Part shown: positions 12,501-23,876 of the stretch, in pieces | Layout of the letters: every line of letters starts with the position of its first letter | Position numbering within the stretch: the stretch's first letter is position 1 | Source of the DNA: Chrysochromulina tobinii | Lineage: Eukaryota | NCBI GenBank assembly: GCA_001275005.1 | Contig: JWZX01003288.1 | Location: 1 to 54,584, forward strand | Direction of reading: 5' to 3' | DNA length: 54,584 nt | Translations under genes and position numbers: made by a program | Notes under the pieces: generated by a model | Told to the model about the DNA's origin: nothing | Database searches by the model: none | Seen by the model: only the letters and a program-made list of their open reading frames with translations

Positions 12501-15500
12501 GCAATACACCTCATCAGCAGTGCGGTTGACCACCGCGTCCACGTATTCGAACGCGCCGCCGCCGCCGAAGCGGCATCGGTAGTGCGAGCCGCCATGCAGC
12601 CCGCCAGTCGTGTGACGGCCGGTGCCGGCCAGCATGAGGGCCGGTGGGTTGCCAAGGGTGGGCCCGGAGGCGGGACTGAGCGCGGTGACGTTCGGCGTGC
12701 CGTAATAGGTGAACGGCTTGCCTGGCTCGTAAATGGGGCGCTGGCGCAGGCGGCCGACGTCACGGAAGGCACGCGGGCCAAAGGTGCTCGTCGGGTCAAA
12801 GTCGGGGGCCTCGTAGTAGGGCGCAATGTCCGGCACCAGCTGGTACTGCTGCGCGTTGAGCGAGACGTGCAGCGGCACGCTCGTTGCGTCGACGAGTGCC
12901 CCGAGTTCGATCTGCACCGCACGGATGTAGTGAAAATCCGTATTCTTGCCCGAGCGGGACGAGAAGCCTATACTCCAGCCGGGCGCGGGTGCCCAATCGG
13001 GGAGGAAGAGCTCGCCACGTCGCACGTAAATCATCCCCGCGTGGCTCACGTACAGGCCTTCGGTGGTGTACTCGATGATGGTGGCGCGGAAGCCCTCTTG
13101 GCGGAAGTTGGCGGCGAGCGGCACATCCCAGAGCAGCTGGGTGGCGTAGTAAACGACGAGGGAAGGGCAGGTCCTCAGCTGCTCGGGCGGCGGGCAGCGG
13201 CGCGACGTGAGGAAGCACACGCGCAGCCCTAGCCCCCCGCCGTACTCGCCCATGCGCCCAGGGGGGCAGCAGCCCAAAACTCACCCCCAGCCCGTCGCCG
13301 TAGTGGTCTGGGAAGCCGTTCCACGCTTGGAGCTCAAACGAGATGCGGAACACAGCAAAGCTCAGCATGGTGGCGTTGAGCACGCCCGACGGCACGATGA
13401 CGGAGCCGAGAGAGCCTTCATGCCCGCTCGTGAGCAAGAAACTGCCGTCGGACTGCTCCGAGGCATCGTCATACATCCAATCCGACGGCACGAGGTCCGC
13501 GGGGCCCGATTCGTTGAGAGGCAGCCACATCATGCGGACCAGCACCGCCGCGGGCGCAAGCGACGCATGCGGCGAGGCGCAGTGCAGCTGGCCAGCCGTC
13601 GCAGTAGCGGCCACCACCTCGGCACCAAAGCGGCAGCGCGGTGCGAACGCGCCCGTGAGATCGCTCCCAATGCTCACACTCACGAGGGTCTCACCGTCAG
13701 TCGGGCCACTCGAAGGAGACAGAGCCGTCGGACGGAGCGGCTCGGTGTAGTAAAAGTCAAAGGTGCCCGCGCGCACGTAGTTCTGCGAGTTGAGGCTCAG
13801 ATAGAGGGCAGCGGGCCCGGCGCTGCCGCTGATGGCGGGCGGCGATCGGCAGCGGACCACCGAGCGCGCCACGTCGTAGCTCGCGTACGTCACGTCGGCG
13901 CCGGGGGACTCCTCCACGAGCGGGCCGCTGCCAAAGCGGCATCGATAGTCGGAGCCGTTGGCAAGGTTCGTGCCCTCAAAGACGAGGAGCGTGCCGCCAT
14001 TGGTTGGGCCCGAGAGCGGGGACGCGCCGCTCACCACACTCACTCCGTACACGACGAAGTGCGCGAGCGGCCCGACTGCGTCCTGTGCGTTGACGCTGAA
14101 GTTGAGCGGCAGCGTCAAGTTGAGAGCCTCGACGGCGGCGGCCTCAAACGGTGCGGTGGTACAGCGCACCGCCTCGTTCACAAACTGGGCGGTGAGGTTG
14201 TCGCCCCCGAGAAAGCACCGGTACGCTGAGGTCGAGAAGGTGCCGAGCGTGAGCGCGGCGGTCAGCGGGTCCACATGGACGACCGTCGTGAGGGTTCGAG
14301 GGTCCTCCGCGAGCAGCGTGAGGTTTGCCTCGACATTGCTCGTGAACAGCCGAATGATTGTGCCCCCCGCGACGGGTCCACTGCTAGGGCTCGCCACATT
14401 GAGCGACGGAAAGCGCGCTGCACCGTAGTAGCCAAAACTCTCCGCACTTCCCGCCGTGAGAGGTACGTACTGTTGGCCGTTGAGCGTGATCTCCACGGCG
14501 CGCTCGGCAGTGCTCAAAAGGGTGGCAGCCGTGAGCTCGACGCTGTCGAGCCACCACTCGTCCTGCTGGCGCGAGTTGGAGGCGGTGAATCCGAAGCGCC
14601 AGCTCGACGGCGGGTTCCAGCTCGCGGGGAGCGGCAGCCGATCAATGAGCCGTACGCGCGAGACGCTGAAGGACAGCCGTCGCTGCGCCACCTCGAAGTG
14701 ACACGGGGTCCATGCGCCCGTACGCACGCCGCCGTACAGCTGCTCATTGTACAGACGCGTGCCCTCGAGCCAAACTTCGAGCATGGGCACGCGCCCCGCG
14801 AACTGGAGCTGGAGCGCGAGCCCAAAGGCTGCGCCGGACATGCCAAAAGCGCGCGCGGGCAGCTCCCCGAGGTTGACGGTGAACGAGCCGTCGCCGTGGG
14901 GCGCCATCAAATCCCGGTTCTCCTTTCCTATGAGCAGCTCAAAGGTCAAGTTGAACTCGAGTGGGCGCGGCGCGAGCGTCACGTTCGGGGTGTCGAGCAC
15001 GTACGCACCCGTCGTGTACGGAAGCGGCGTGGTCAGGCGCAGTGCGCCGTCGCGCGTCGGGCACAGCCACTCGCATCGCGCCGAGTGCGCGCTAGTGTAC
15101 GCGTCGTCGGCCGAGCCGCCACAGGAGAAGACGGAGCCAAGGCCGCACGGACGGTCACGGTCGCGCACGAGCACGGCGTTGCCGTACAAGAAGCCGCGGA
15201 GCTCTGAGGCGGCTCCAAAGTCCACACGCAGCGTGCTGAGGGCGCCGGCGCGCCGTGCGGCGGGCGCGTTGCACTGCACGACACCAGGGGCGATCGAGAA
15301 CACGCGCGACATGAAGGCTTTGACGGGGCGCGAGTGCACGAGCGGCATATGATGCCCGGGGCCGCCGAATCGACACGACGTCGAATTGAGAATGACTTCA
15401 TGCAACGTCACGTGGGGCGGGTATACGAGGAGCGTCAGCGTAGTGCCACCGCTCGCGGGGCCGCGCACGGGTGCTAAGTTGGTCACGTTGGGCGGCTCAT

Positions 15501-18156
15501 AATAGACAAAGCCACCCGCGACGTCATGGAAGGTTTGGCCGTTGAGCGCGACGGCGAACGGCACAGTCCGCGGGCCGTCGGTGGCCGACGCACCCGCGCT
15601 CGCGCTCGCATTCGGAGGGGCCACGCACAGCACTGCGCCGTGAGGTTCGTCGATCCAGGACAGCTCGGCGTTCAGCGAGCGACTCAGGTAGCGTTCGGCC
15701 GGCGTCGGGTTGGCGTAGAGCAACTCGGTGTTCAGGTGCGGGCCGCGGGCCACGTTGATCAGCGGCGCGTCGCGTGCGTACGTACCTTCCACAATGGTCG
15801 AACCGAAGCGGCACTGGTAGTGCGAGCCATTTGCCATCCCACCGCTCGCTACACTACGCACGGCGACCGTTGTCGCGCCGGCTACCGGCCCATTCTGAGG
15901 GTAGACGGAGGCGGTGTCCGGGTGCGAATAGAATCCAAACGTCACGTTGGAGGCGGTGAAGTCGCGCGCATTCAAAGAGACTTCGAGAGCACGAGTGCCT
16001 TCTACGGTCGCTGCGGGCGAGAGGCAGGTGAGCGTCTCGTCGTCCATGCGGCTCGCTTCCGTCTCACCCGCGTCGGCGAAGCGGCAACGGTACGCGCCGC
16101 CGCTGTCGAAGGCGGTGCCATTGACGCGCACGAGGGTCCCACCGAGGGTCGGCCCCGTACTCGGCGAAAGGGAGTTCACCTCGAAAAAGGGAAAGGGAGT
16201 AGGCGCCGTGTACTGCTGTCCATTGAGCGTGAGGGCGACAGTTGCGAGGCCCGAGCCGAGGCCGGCCGGTGCCACCGCCAGGACGAGCGAGTCGTTGACA
16301 AAGGTGGCGGGTACGATCGTCGTGCTTCCTCCAGGGCGCCCAAAGGCGACGCGGTAATCATCGCCGCCGGAGAAATTGGCGCCAAGGAGGCTCACATTGG
16401 CGCCGACGCCCGCCGGTGCGACGCTCTTGTAGGGCCCGCGCGCGTCCGCGAGGTGCGGATGGTTATAGAAGCGAAACTGGACGTCTGAGCTCGAGGTGGA
16501 GTCGACGCGGTTGTTGAGCGACACTTCCAGCGGCACGAGTTGGGCTCGGCGTACGGCCGGCGACGGGCATACGAGCTTGGGAGCGACATACGAGGCATGC
16601 GTCACGTGTTCGTTGGGCTGCCCGAAGCGGCACCGGTAGTCAGCACCGCCTGCAAAGTGCGAGCCCACGACGGTCACGGTGGTGTTGCCTTGCTCGGGGC
16701 CCGTGGTCGGGCTAAAGGAGAAGACAGCCGGCGTGCTGGTGTACGTGAAGACGGCGGGCGCGCCCAGGCGCGAGATGTCGTGCCCATCGTTGAGCGAGAC
16801 GCCAAATTCGGCCGTTCCCACGTCCAGCAGGTAGCCTGACTGGACCGTCAGGTCGTCGATCCAATGATTGTCCTTTCGCTCTCCTGTGCGCCCGCCCCAG
16901 CCCAGAGACCAGCCTACCTCGGGTGCCCACGACGGCACCGTGCTGACCAGCACGACCTCGCCGTCAAAGGAGACGGACAGGCCCGCATCATCGTAGCGCA
17001 CGCTCACCGGCTGCGCCCTGATCTCGTTGAAGCCATCGCTGCGCAGCCGATCGCCCATGAAGGTCGAGTTGAGCAGCGTCCCATTATACACCGCCTCGAT
17101 GATCCCGTGCCCTTCGTTGTAAGAGTCGTCGAAGAAGCCTCGCGTGCGGAAGCGCACGATGAGACCGTCACCCACGCCCATCTCGCCGAAGACTGTGTGC
17201 ACGTGCAACAGGTCGGCGTACACGAACGAGTACCCGTCGGCCCCCGTGCCCCCCCCAACGAAGTGCGACCACGAGGCGGTGAACGCGCGCACCGGCACGC
17301 CGGCAGGAGCGCCCGGGTTGTAGAGCGCGAGAATCATGGCGCCCGTCTCGGAGAACAGGTTGCGCGTGAGCTTGATTACGCTACCCTCGTGAATCGCTCG
17401 GCCCAGCAGCGTCAGGTTGTGCCCGCTCGCAAACCTGTGGATGCGCTCCGGATCGGTGTAACCGGGTACGCAGCCGTCGTGCCGCGGCACCACGACGCAC
17501 GGTTGGAGCACCTCGACCACAGGCAGCGGCACGTTGAAGCTGAAGCTCGCGGAACCGACGGCATCGGCCGCATTCGCCGTCGGCGCGATGCACTCGATTT
17601 GGCCGTCACTCACATTGCCCACCGTCCCGACCACGGCGCCGGCGCGGTATGCGTCGCCGACGCGTAATCGGCCAAAGGTGCAGACCACGCGATCGCTTGT
17701 GAGCGCGCTGAAGCCGGAGCCGAGCACCGTGACCACCGTGCCGCCTTCCGTTGAGCCACTCGCTGGCGAGATGGCGCTGACATTGGGCGGTGCGTAGTAC
17801 TGATACGGCTGTGGCTCACCCGAGCAGAAGCTGCTGCCACCGTCGATGCTGACGTTCGTCGGCACGCTGGCGGCTACGTCGGACGATGGCGATAGGCAGC
17901 CTACGCGCTCCGCGTCCTCAAAGTACTCAGCACCAACGATAGACGTGCCGAACGAGCATCGCCACGCAGCGCCGTCGCCTAACCTCGTACCGGTGAGGTT
18001 GACCAGCGTGCCACCGAGCATCGGCCCGGCCGTCGGGCTGATCGTCAGCACGACGCAGTCCTCGGAGAGCGTGAGGGTGTCATGAGGCGGCGACGGCGCG
18101 TTGGCACTGGCTACGGTGGCGCTGATGGCTAAAAGAGCGAGGCAGAACCGCGGCAT
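3515..18156 (-). CDS. Giant secreted IPT/TIG-repeat protein with nested L-type (ConA-like) lectin domains, ~4,879 aa after removing two single-base insertions
   Basis: ATG at 18156 begins a signal peptide (MPRFCLALLAISATVASA). Three track ORFs (12796-18165, 9069-13277, 3515-9268) join at +1 shifts near 13261-13266 and 9155-9156. The span is 14,642 nt; minus 2 gives 4,880 codons. There are ~31 repeats of SPxSGPxxGGT...CRFG...CxSP...VSLNGQQY and 7 domains with GADGxSFxYGxLP...WxPxxxWxFGxxARxG...HxIDD. Confidence 0.88.
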
Positions 18157-18368
18157 GGCGAGCACGCGACGCTATGAAATGGCTGTGAACATCCCGGTTT
18201 CAGGACGGTGGCCTCAGGCTCGAGGCGATTCATTGGGTCACGTTCACAGGTACTTTCACAGTTCATCGTAAAATCAGTCCAGAGGCCTTGCGAACGCGCG
18301 GAGGGGCGGCGAAGCGAAGCGGCCCGTGCTTTCGGCGCGAGAGAGGGTCTGGGCCAAGTGCCCACATA

Positions 18369-18605
18369 ATGCAGCGTCGTTCGGGGGCAGCATCACGAGC
18401 CCGCGAAGAAGACGCCGCAAGGAGTGCATCGGCGGACACGTTGCTCGACAAGGCCGAGCAGAGTGTGGTTGCTGATGCGCCGCAGAAGCCCTGGAGCCTG
18501 AAACGGAGGATCGCCATCTGCGTGCTCTTTGTAGGCGGGCTATGGATCTTCTGCTACGTCCTCACGCGTCTTCTCATATACGTAATGCTCCGTCTTAACC
18601 TTTGA
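18369..18605 (+). CDS. Small 78-aa protein with a C-terminal hydrophobic helix (tail-anchored-like), function unknown
   Basis: MQRRSG...KRRIAICVLFVGGLWIFCYVLTRLLIYVMLRLNL*. Divergent from the IPT gene, ~210 bp away. Confidence 0.55.
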   Translation: MQRRSGAASRAREEDAARSASADTLLDKAEQSVVADAPQKPWSLKRRIAICVLFVGGLWIFCYVLTRLLIYVMLRLNL

Positions 18606-19042
18606 GCCCGGCGACAACATGCGCTGCGTCGCTTGGAGCGGCGTCACGTCCTGTGTCATATGAGATACGTGTCATCCTTGTAATCATAAAACCATCGACA
18701 TCTGCACCGTGCCTGACACCATACCCGTCATGTGAATCGTTCAGTCCGCTCCCCCCACTTTTCATACTACATGTGCGCGTTCTCGTCGGGTCGTCTCCCG
18801 CTCTATGAGCTGCGTCCCCGATGATTTTGGAGTGCGTCCGGGTGTCCCGCTTTTGCATCCTGCGGCCCTGGCGCCCCTCGGAACGTCGATGCCCATGGAC
18901 TCTACCCCGCCGCCTTGGCCTTCACACCTCGCCTCGCTCACCCCAGCTGCCATCCTCCGCTGATGCCGCTGCCCACGCTCTGGCCGCGCGAAGCACATCC
19001 CCGTGCCGCCAGCCGCGCGTATGCGTTCAGACTTGGTGCCGC

Positions 19043-22000
19043 TCATGGTTTCGGTCCACGGCGACGGCGGCCGACCCCGCCTCCGCCACCACCTCCATCG
19101 CCGCCGTTGCTGCCACCGTGGCTTCCTTGGCCGTGAGCGCTTGCGCGTGCGCTACCGCTACCGTTGCCATGGCTTCCGCCCCGAACCTCTGGTTGGCTTC
19201 TCACGCCTTCATCGGCCTTCGTCGCCCCCCCCACCAAGCCGTTGGAGTCCCGGCTACCGTGCCCTCCGCGCGTGCGGCCTGGGCGAGAGCGGCTCTTGCC
19301 ACTCGCCAACGGCTCTTGCCGGCCGCCCAGTCCAGTGGCCACCTGGACCCGGAGTTGCAATGAGAGTAGCATGCTCGATATGGGGACGAGAGTCAGCACC
19401 ACTACCAGTGCGTTCGATGCGCCAGTGGTGGCACCAGCAGCAGTGGCCCCAGCGGCCCCAGCGGCCCCAGCGGTCCCAGCGGCCCCAGCGGCCCCAGCGG
19501 CCCCAGCGGCCCCAGCGGCCCCAGCGGCCCCAGCGGCAGCTGAAAGGCGCGGCGGCTCTCTGCGGTCTGAGGCCCTTGAGGCGGCCGCAGGGGCAGGCCG
19601 GGGCGGTAGGGTAGAGACGAGGCCGGACAAGGCAAGGATCGCAGCGTGCTCGTTTTGTGGGCGGATTCCGAGCGCATGAGCCGCTGCCATGACGATCGTC
19701 CGAGCGTTCACGCCGCGTGCTTGCGCCGCCACATCAGCGGCTTCAGTGACAGCCGTGATGGCCTTTGTGACCGACGCATCTGGAGTTCCCGAGGAGGATG
19801 CGGCCTTCGTCTTCAGCCCTGGCTGTGAGTCTGGCTGTGGTGCCGGACGTACATCGCCACTCGATTTGGCGGCAACGGCAGGCGCGCTCGACCGCTTCGG
19901 CAACGAGTGCACCAAGGGCGGCGCGCTCATAAGCGGCAAGCTGCAGGGCTCCAAAATGCACCGACCATCGTCGCCCGACCTGCCTTCGCGGCGCGGCCCA
20001 GCGCCGCCAGCGCCGCCAGCGCCGCCAGCGCCGCCAGCGCCTCCCTCTCCACTGTGAGCACCGCCGCGTGCACCGACGCCGTCCTCTCGAACAGCGGCAG
20101 TTGGGGCCCCAGCGCCACGCCGTTTGGCGTCGATGTGTCGGCGGAGATCTCCAGGTGCTGCCGCCGCCGTCGCTGGAGACGCCACGGCAGCTGCCTCAAC
20201 AGCCAGCCCACTCGTCGGATGTGGAGGAGCGAGCTTTTGTTGCGGACGCTTCCCCACATCTGACCGTGGCACGGAGCTTACGCTACCCGACGCAGGCAGC
20301 GATGCACCCACCGCCTCTGCTGAAGGCGTACCGACCGAATCTTGGGCACTGCCACTGTGGCTACGGCCACCGCTGCGGCTTCCGCGGCTGCTGCTGCTGC
20401 TGGCGACCAGGCTGGCGGTAGAGGCATCAGGTGGTGGGGAGGGCAGCGCGGCTGTCGGGCCGAGAATAGATCGATTCTGCAGCATCTCGTCGACGGCAGC
20501 CATCGCCGCGCGATGGGCGGCCTCGCCCTTGCCGACTCCCCTTCCGCGCCCATCGCCCTTGGCACCGCCCCTGCCGCCGCTGGGCTTGCCAGGGCGCTCG
20601 CCGGTGTGTACCTCTTCGCGGCCACCATGAGCAGACGTCGAAGCCGCCGTCGTCGCGGGTGTCGTCCTCAGAGGGTACGGATGTGTCGTCGTACGCTCCC
20701 ACACATTCGTTGGATCCTCGGCAAGCGGAGACCACTCAGAAGGAGGAACAGCACCGCCCGAATTGCGCACGTCATTAGGTGATGGCGCCCACACCGACGG
20801 CGCAGCAGCACCGCCCGAATTGCGCACGTCATTAGGTGACGGCGCCCACACCGACGGCGCAGCAGCACCGCCCGAATTGCGCACGTCCTTAGGTGATGGC
20901 GCCCACACCGAAGGCGCAGCAGCACCGCCCGAATGGCATCCGTCACGGGTCAGATGGTGGGCCGAGGCATGAGGCATGATGGTGGGCCCACCGTCACGAG
21001 GCAGATGGTGGGCCGAGGAAATCGCTGCTGAGGCTCGAAGTCGCGGAGGAGGCGGCAAGGGTGGAGGCAGCATCGACTCGCGCCAATCGCCCTCAATCCC
21101 AATCCTGTCGCCGCTGTGCCGCTCCTCGGCAGCGCCCGCACGTCCGCTGCTGCCAGTGGCTCCTACCCTCCGACTGTGAGCATCCACCAGTGGCTGTGAA
21201 CATCCACCAGTGGCTCCTACCCTCCGACCAGTGCGCTCTGCCGCCGCACCAGTGCGCTCTGCCACCGCACCAGTGCGCTCTACCGCCGCACCAGTGCGCT
21301 CTGCCGTTGCCCTGGCCTGCGCTGCTTGTGCTGCTGCTGCCGCTTGTGCTGCTGCTGCCGCTTGTGCTGCTGCTGCCGCTTGTGCTGCTGCTGCCGCTTG
21401 TGCTGCGGCTGCTCGCGCCTCACGTTCCTGCCGGTCCTGCGCCTCGCGCTCCTGCCGGCGCCGGTCGAGCTCCGCGAGCTTGGCGGCGGCGCTCGCTCGC
21501 TGCCGCTCCGCCTCCAGCTCCTCCTCAACCTGCCGCTCGCGACGGCGCTTCTCTGCGAGTGCGACCATCTGGGCTTTGATGTCGACCGACTCGTCCGCCT
21601 CCCTTGCACTCGATGTGGCGGGTGCAGCGGAGGTGAGCTCCACAGAGGGAGACGGCCCAGGCGCTGGACGGCGCACGCCGCCTTTGCTGCCGCTCTCGTC
21701 AGTCCCAACGCTGTCTCGTGGCGTGCTCGCACTTGGCTGGACGACCGGCGGGCCTGGCATCGAGCGCACCATGGCCACGTTGTCTCGTGGCGTGCTCACA
21801 CTTGATTGGACGACCGGCGGGCCTGGCATCGAGCGCACCATGGCAACGCTGTCTCGTGGCGTGCTCACACTTGATTGGACGACCGGCGGGCGTGCGGCGG
21901 GCGCCGCCATGGCCGCCATGGCCGCCATGGTGCGCTCGACGCCAGGCTCGCTGCGCATATGCGGCGGCTGTGCGACCCGCTGCTGCTGCTGCTTCTGGTG

Positions 22001-22561
22001 CTGCTGCAACTGGCGTCGGCGATGGGCCTCTTGTGCAGCGCTCAGCTCTGCTTCGAAAGCCTGGCGCTTCTCTGCATCGTACTCGGAGTCCACGGGGAGG
22101 GTGACCAGCCCGCCACAGCCATCAAACGTACCGCCACGGCTACTCTGAGCTCCTCTAGCGCCTCCGCCTCCGCCTCCGCCTCCGCCTCCGTTTCCGCCGC
22201 CTGAGCTTCCGCCTCCACCTCCACCTCCGCCTCCACCTCGCTCAAAGGTGTCCGGTACGTATTGATCGAGGGCTGCATCACGCCGCAGCTTCACGACCTC
22301 AAATTCATCATGGGGGCGTGACGCGATTCGATGATCGCGGTCATCGGCGTCGCAATACACGTCTTCCTCAAACCTCGCCTTGAGCTCAGCCCTCACATGC
22401 GGCTGCGAGAGCCGTTCGCGCTCCCGCGCTGCCCATGCCCGTTCTCGGCTCGCCGGATCTGCAGGAGTAAGTGCTGTTCCCCTGGTGGCCGTTGGCCGAG
22501 GCGGTGGAGGCAGCGCGCTCGCCGCCTCATCGGCATCGTCCTCGTCGCCCCACTTCGGCAT
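19043..22561 (-). CDS. Low-complexity, repeat-rich protein, PRRC2/BAT2/MOS1-like
   Basis: 1,172-aa ORF starting KWGDEDD. The segment IKAQMVALAEKRRRERQVEEELEAERQRASAAAKLAELDRRR resembles the conserved PRRC2/MOS1 coiled coil (recalled, not searched). RGG-like stretches are present. Confidence 0.55.
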   Translation of the reverse strand: MPKWGDEDDADEAASALPPPPRPTATRGTALTPADPASRERAWAARERERLSQPHVRAELKARFEEDVYCDADDRDHRIASRPHDEFEVVKLRRDAALDQYVPDTFERGGGGGGGGGGSSGGGNGGGGGGGGGGARGAQSSRGGTFDGCGGLVTLPVDSEYDAEKRQAFEAELSAAQEAHRRRQLQQHQKQQQQRVAQPPHMRSEPGVERTMAAMAAMAAPAARPPVVQSSVSTPRDSVAMVRSMPGPPVVQSSVSTPRDNVAMVRSMPGPPVVQPSASTPRDSVGTDESGSKGGVRRPAPGPSPSVELTSAAPATSSAREADESVDIKAQMVALAEKRRRERQVEEELEAERQRASAAAKLAELDRRRQEREAQDRQEREARAAAAQAAAAAQAAAAAQAAAAAQAAAAAQAAQARATAERTGAAVERTGAVAERTGAAAERTGRRVGATGGCSQPLVDAHSRRVGATGSSGRAGAAEERHSGDRIGIEGDWRESMLPPPLPPPPRLRASAAISSAHHLPRDGGPTIMPHASAHHLTRDGCHSGGAAAPSVWAPSPKDVRNSGGAAAPSVWAPSPNDVRNSGGAAAPSVWAPSPNDVRNSGGAVPPSEWSPLAEDPTNVWERTTTHPYPLRTTPATTAASTSAHGGREEVHTGERPGKPSGGRGGAKGDGRGRGVGKGEAAHRAAMAAVDEMLQNRSILGPTAALPSPPPDASTASLVASSSSSRGSRSGGRSHSGSAQDSVGTPSAEAVGASLPASGSVSSVPRSDVGKRPQQKLAPPHPTSGLAVEAAAVASPATAAAAPGDLRRHIDAKRRGAGAPTAAVREDGVGARGGAHSGEGGAGGAGGAGGAGGAGPRREGRSGDDGRCILEPCSLPLMSAPPLVHSLPKRSSAPAVAAKSSGDVRPAPQPDSQPGLKTKAASSSGTPDASVTKAITAVTEAADVAAQARGVNARTIVMAAAHALGIRPQNEHAAILALSGLVSTLPPRPAPAAASRASDRREPPRLSAAAGAAGAAGAAGAAGAAGAAGTAGAAGAAGATAAGATTGASNALVVVLTLVPISSMLLSLQLRVQVATGLGGRQEPLASGKSRSRPGRTRGGHGSRDSNGLVGGATKADEGVRSQPEVRGGSHGNGSGSARASAHGQGSHGGSNGGDGGGGGGGVGRRRRGPKP
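20750..20935 (-). repeat. 57-bp coding tandem repeat, about 3.3 copies (SGGAAAPSVWAPSP[K/N]DVRN)
   Basis: Seen in both DNA and translation. Confidence 0.9.
21705..21890 (-). repeat. 69-bp coding tandem repeat, about 2.7 copies (PPVVQSSVSTPRDxVAMVRSMPG)
   Basis: Seen in both DNA and translation. Confidence 0.9.
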
Positions 22562-22718
22562 CGTGCTCGTCCAGAACCAAGTTTCGTCAACTCCCCAAAC
22601 TTATGCGAATGTGGACCATGGTCGACCGTTAAAGACGCCCGGGGGGAGCCGGAGTGCAAAGTAGCGACGTGCGCTTGAAAGAGGTTCATCAATCTCAAGG
22701 TTCAATCTCAACTTGGTC

Positions 22719-23876
22719 ATGCTCACCGCCTCTGTACTGGCGCTCGTCAGCCGCGGTGGCGTATATAGGGCACGTGCCGCCACGCTCTGCAGCACCAGCG
22801 AAAGCAGCAGCATCGACTTTGGCACCGAGTACCACGTGCCCGTCCTGTGTGCGGAGGCTGTCAGCTGGCTCATCACCAACCCGGCGGGCACCTATGTTGA
22901 CGGCACGCTCGGCGGAGGCGGCCACTCGGCCGCGTTGCTGCAGGTGCTCGCACCCAATGGCGGTCATCTGATTGGTGTCGACCGTGATCCAGAGGCGCTA
23001 GCCACCGCGGGCGCTCGGCTCGTGCATCATCTCGAGACGGGCCACGCCACACTGGTGCGTTCCAACTTTGGTGCACTGGCTGGCGCGCTGCGCACGGTGC
23101 GTGGCCCCGATGCGCCGCTGCTAGATGGCATGCTCCTCGATCTTGGCGTCTCCTCCCACCAGCTCAACGAGCCGTCGCGCGGCTTCTCCTTTATGCGCGA
23201 TGGGCCGCTCGACATGCGAATGGCCCAGACGGCGACCGCGTCGGGCACTGACAGCAACAGCAGCGGCGACGGTGGCGTGCGGTTGGACGTCCGGGACGCC
23301 GAGCGCGCTCGCCGCGCGGAGCCGCTGACGGCCGCGACGATCGTCAACCAATGGGACGAGAAAGCGCTCGCCGACGTGTTGTGGAAGTACGGCGAGGAGC
23401 GCGAGAGCCGACGCATCGCGCGCTCGATCGTGGCGGCTCGGCCGTTACACAGCACGGCGGAGCTCGTCGAGGTGCTGAAGACCGCGGGCACGAAGAACTA
23501 CGAGCCCAAGGAGGTGAGGAACCGGCTCTCGCGGGTCTTCCAGGCGCTTCGTATTGAGGTCAACCAGGAGATGGCTGAGCTTGAAGCGGTGCTCCTCGCC
23601 GCTGCTCGCCTCGTGCGCCCGGGCGGACGGCTGGCGGTCATGTCGTACCACTCCCTCGAGGACCGGCGCGTGAAGCGGCTGCTTCGCTCGGGCAGCTTTG
23701 GCGACGGCACCCCGCCCAAGGACGCGTACGGCAACGAGCTCGCGCCGTGGAAGCCGCTCACGCGTCAGGCCATCACCCCGAGCGAAGCCGAGCTCGAGGT
23801 CAACTCGCGTGCGCGCAGCGTCCGGCTGCGGGTGGGCGAGCGGACGGAGCACGAGCCGCCGCCGGTTTTGAAATAA
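22719..23876 (+). CDS. rsmH: SSU rRNA m4C methyltransferase RsmH/MraW (METTL15 family), probably organelle-targeted
   Basis: Motifs HVPVL, YVDGTLGGGGHS, DLGVSSHQL, RGFSF, PLDMRM, FQALRIEVN, SYHSLEDRRVK, NSRARS. ATG at 22719 gives an N-terminal extension. Confidence 0.95.
   Translation: MLTASVLALVSRGGVYRARAATLCSTSESSSIDFGTEYHVPVLCAEAVSWLITNPAGTYVDGTLGGGGHSAALLQVLAPNGGHLIGVDRDPEALATAGARLVHHLETGHATLVRSNFGALAGALRTVRGPDAPLLDGMLLDLGVSSHQLNEPSRGFSFMRDGPLDMRMAQTATASGTDSNSSGDGGVRLDVRDAERARRAEPLTAATIVNQWDEKALADVLWKYGEERESRRIARSIVAARPLHSTAELVEVLKTAGTKNYEPKEVRNRLSRVFQALRIEVNQEMAELEAVLLAAARLVRPGGRLAVMSYHSLEDRRVKRLLRSGSFGDGTPPKDAYGNELAPWKPLTRQAITPSEAELEVNSRARSVRLRVGERTEHEPPPVLK

Noticed and set aside
13270..13290. 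GTGAGT donor-like site as an intron explaining the first IPT frameshift
   Set aside because: The following bases encode the conserved lectin motif continuously. Removing one base is enough, and no suitable acceptor was seen.
3..18156. Receptor kinase and IPT-lectin giant as a receptor-ligand pair
   Set aside because: Only convergent adjacency supports it; there is no sequence evidence of interaction.
3515..18165. Three separate IPT genes
   Set aside because: The breaks fall mid-domain, only the first ORF has a signal peptide, and the overlapping ends are out-of-frame junk.
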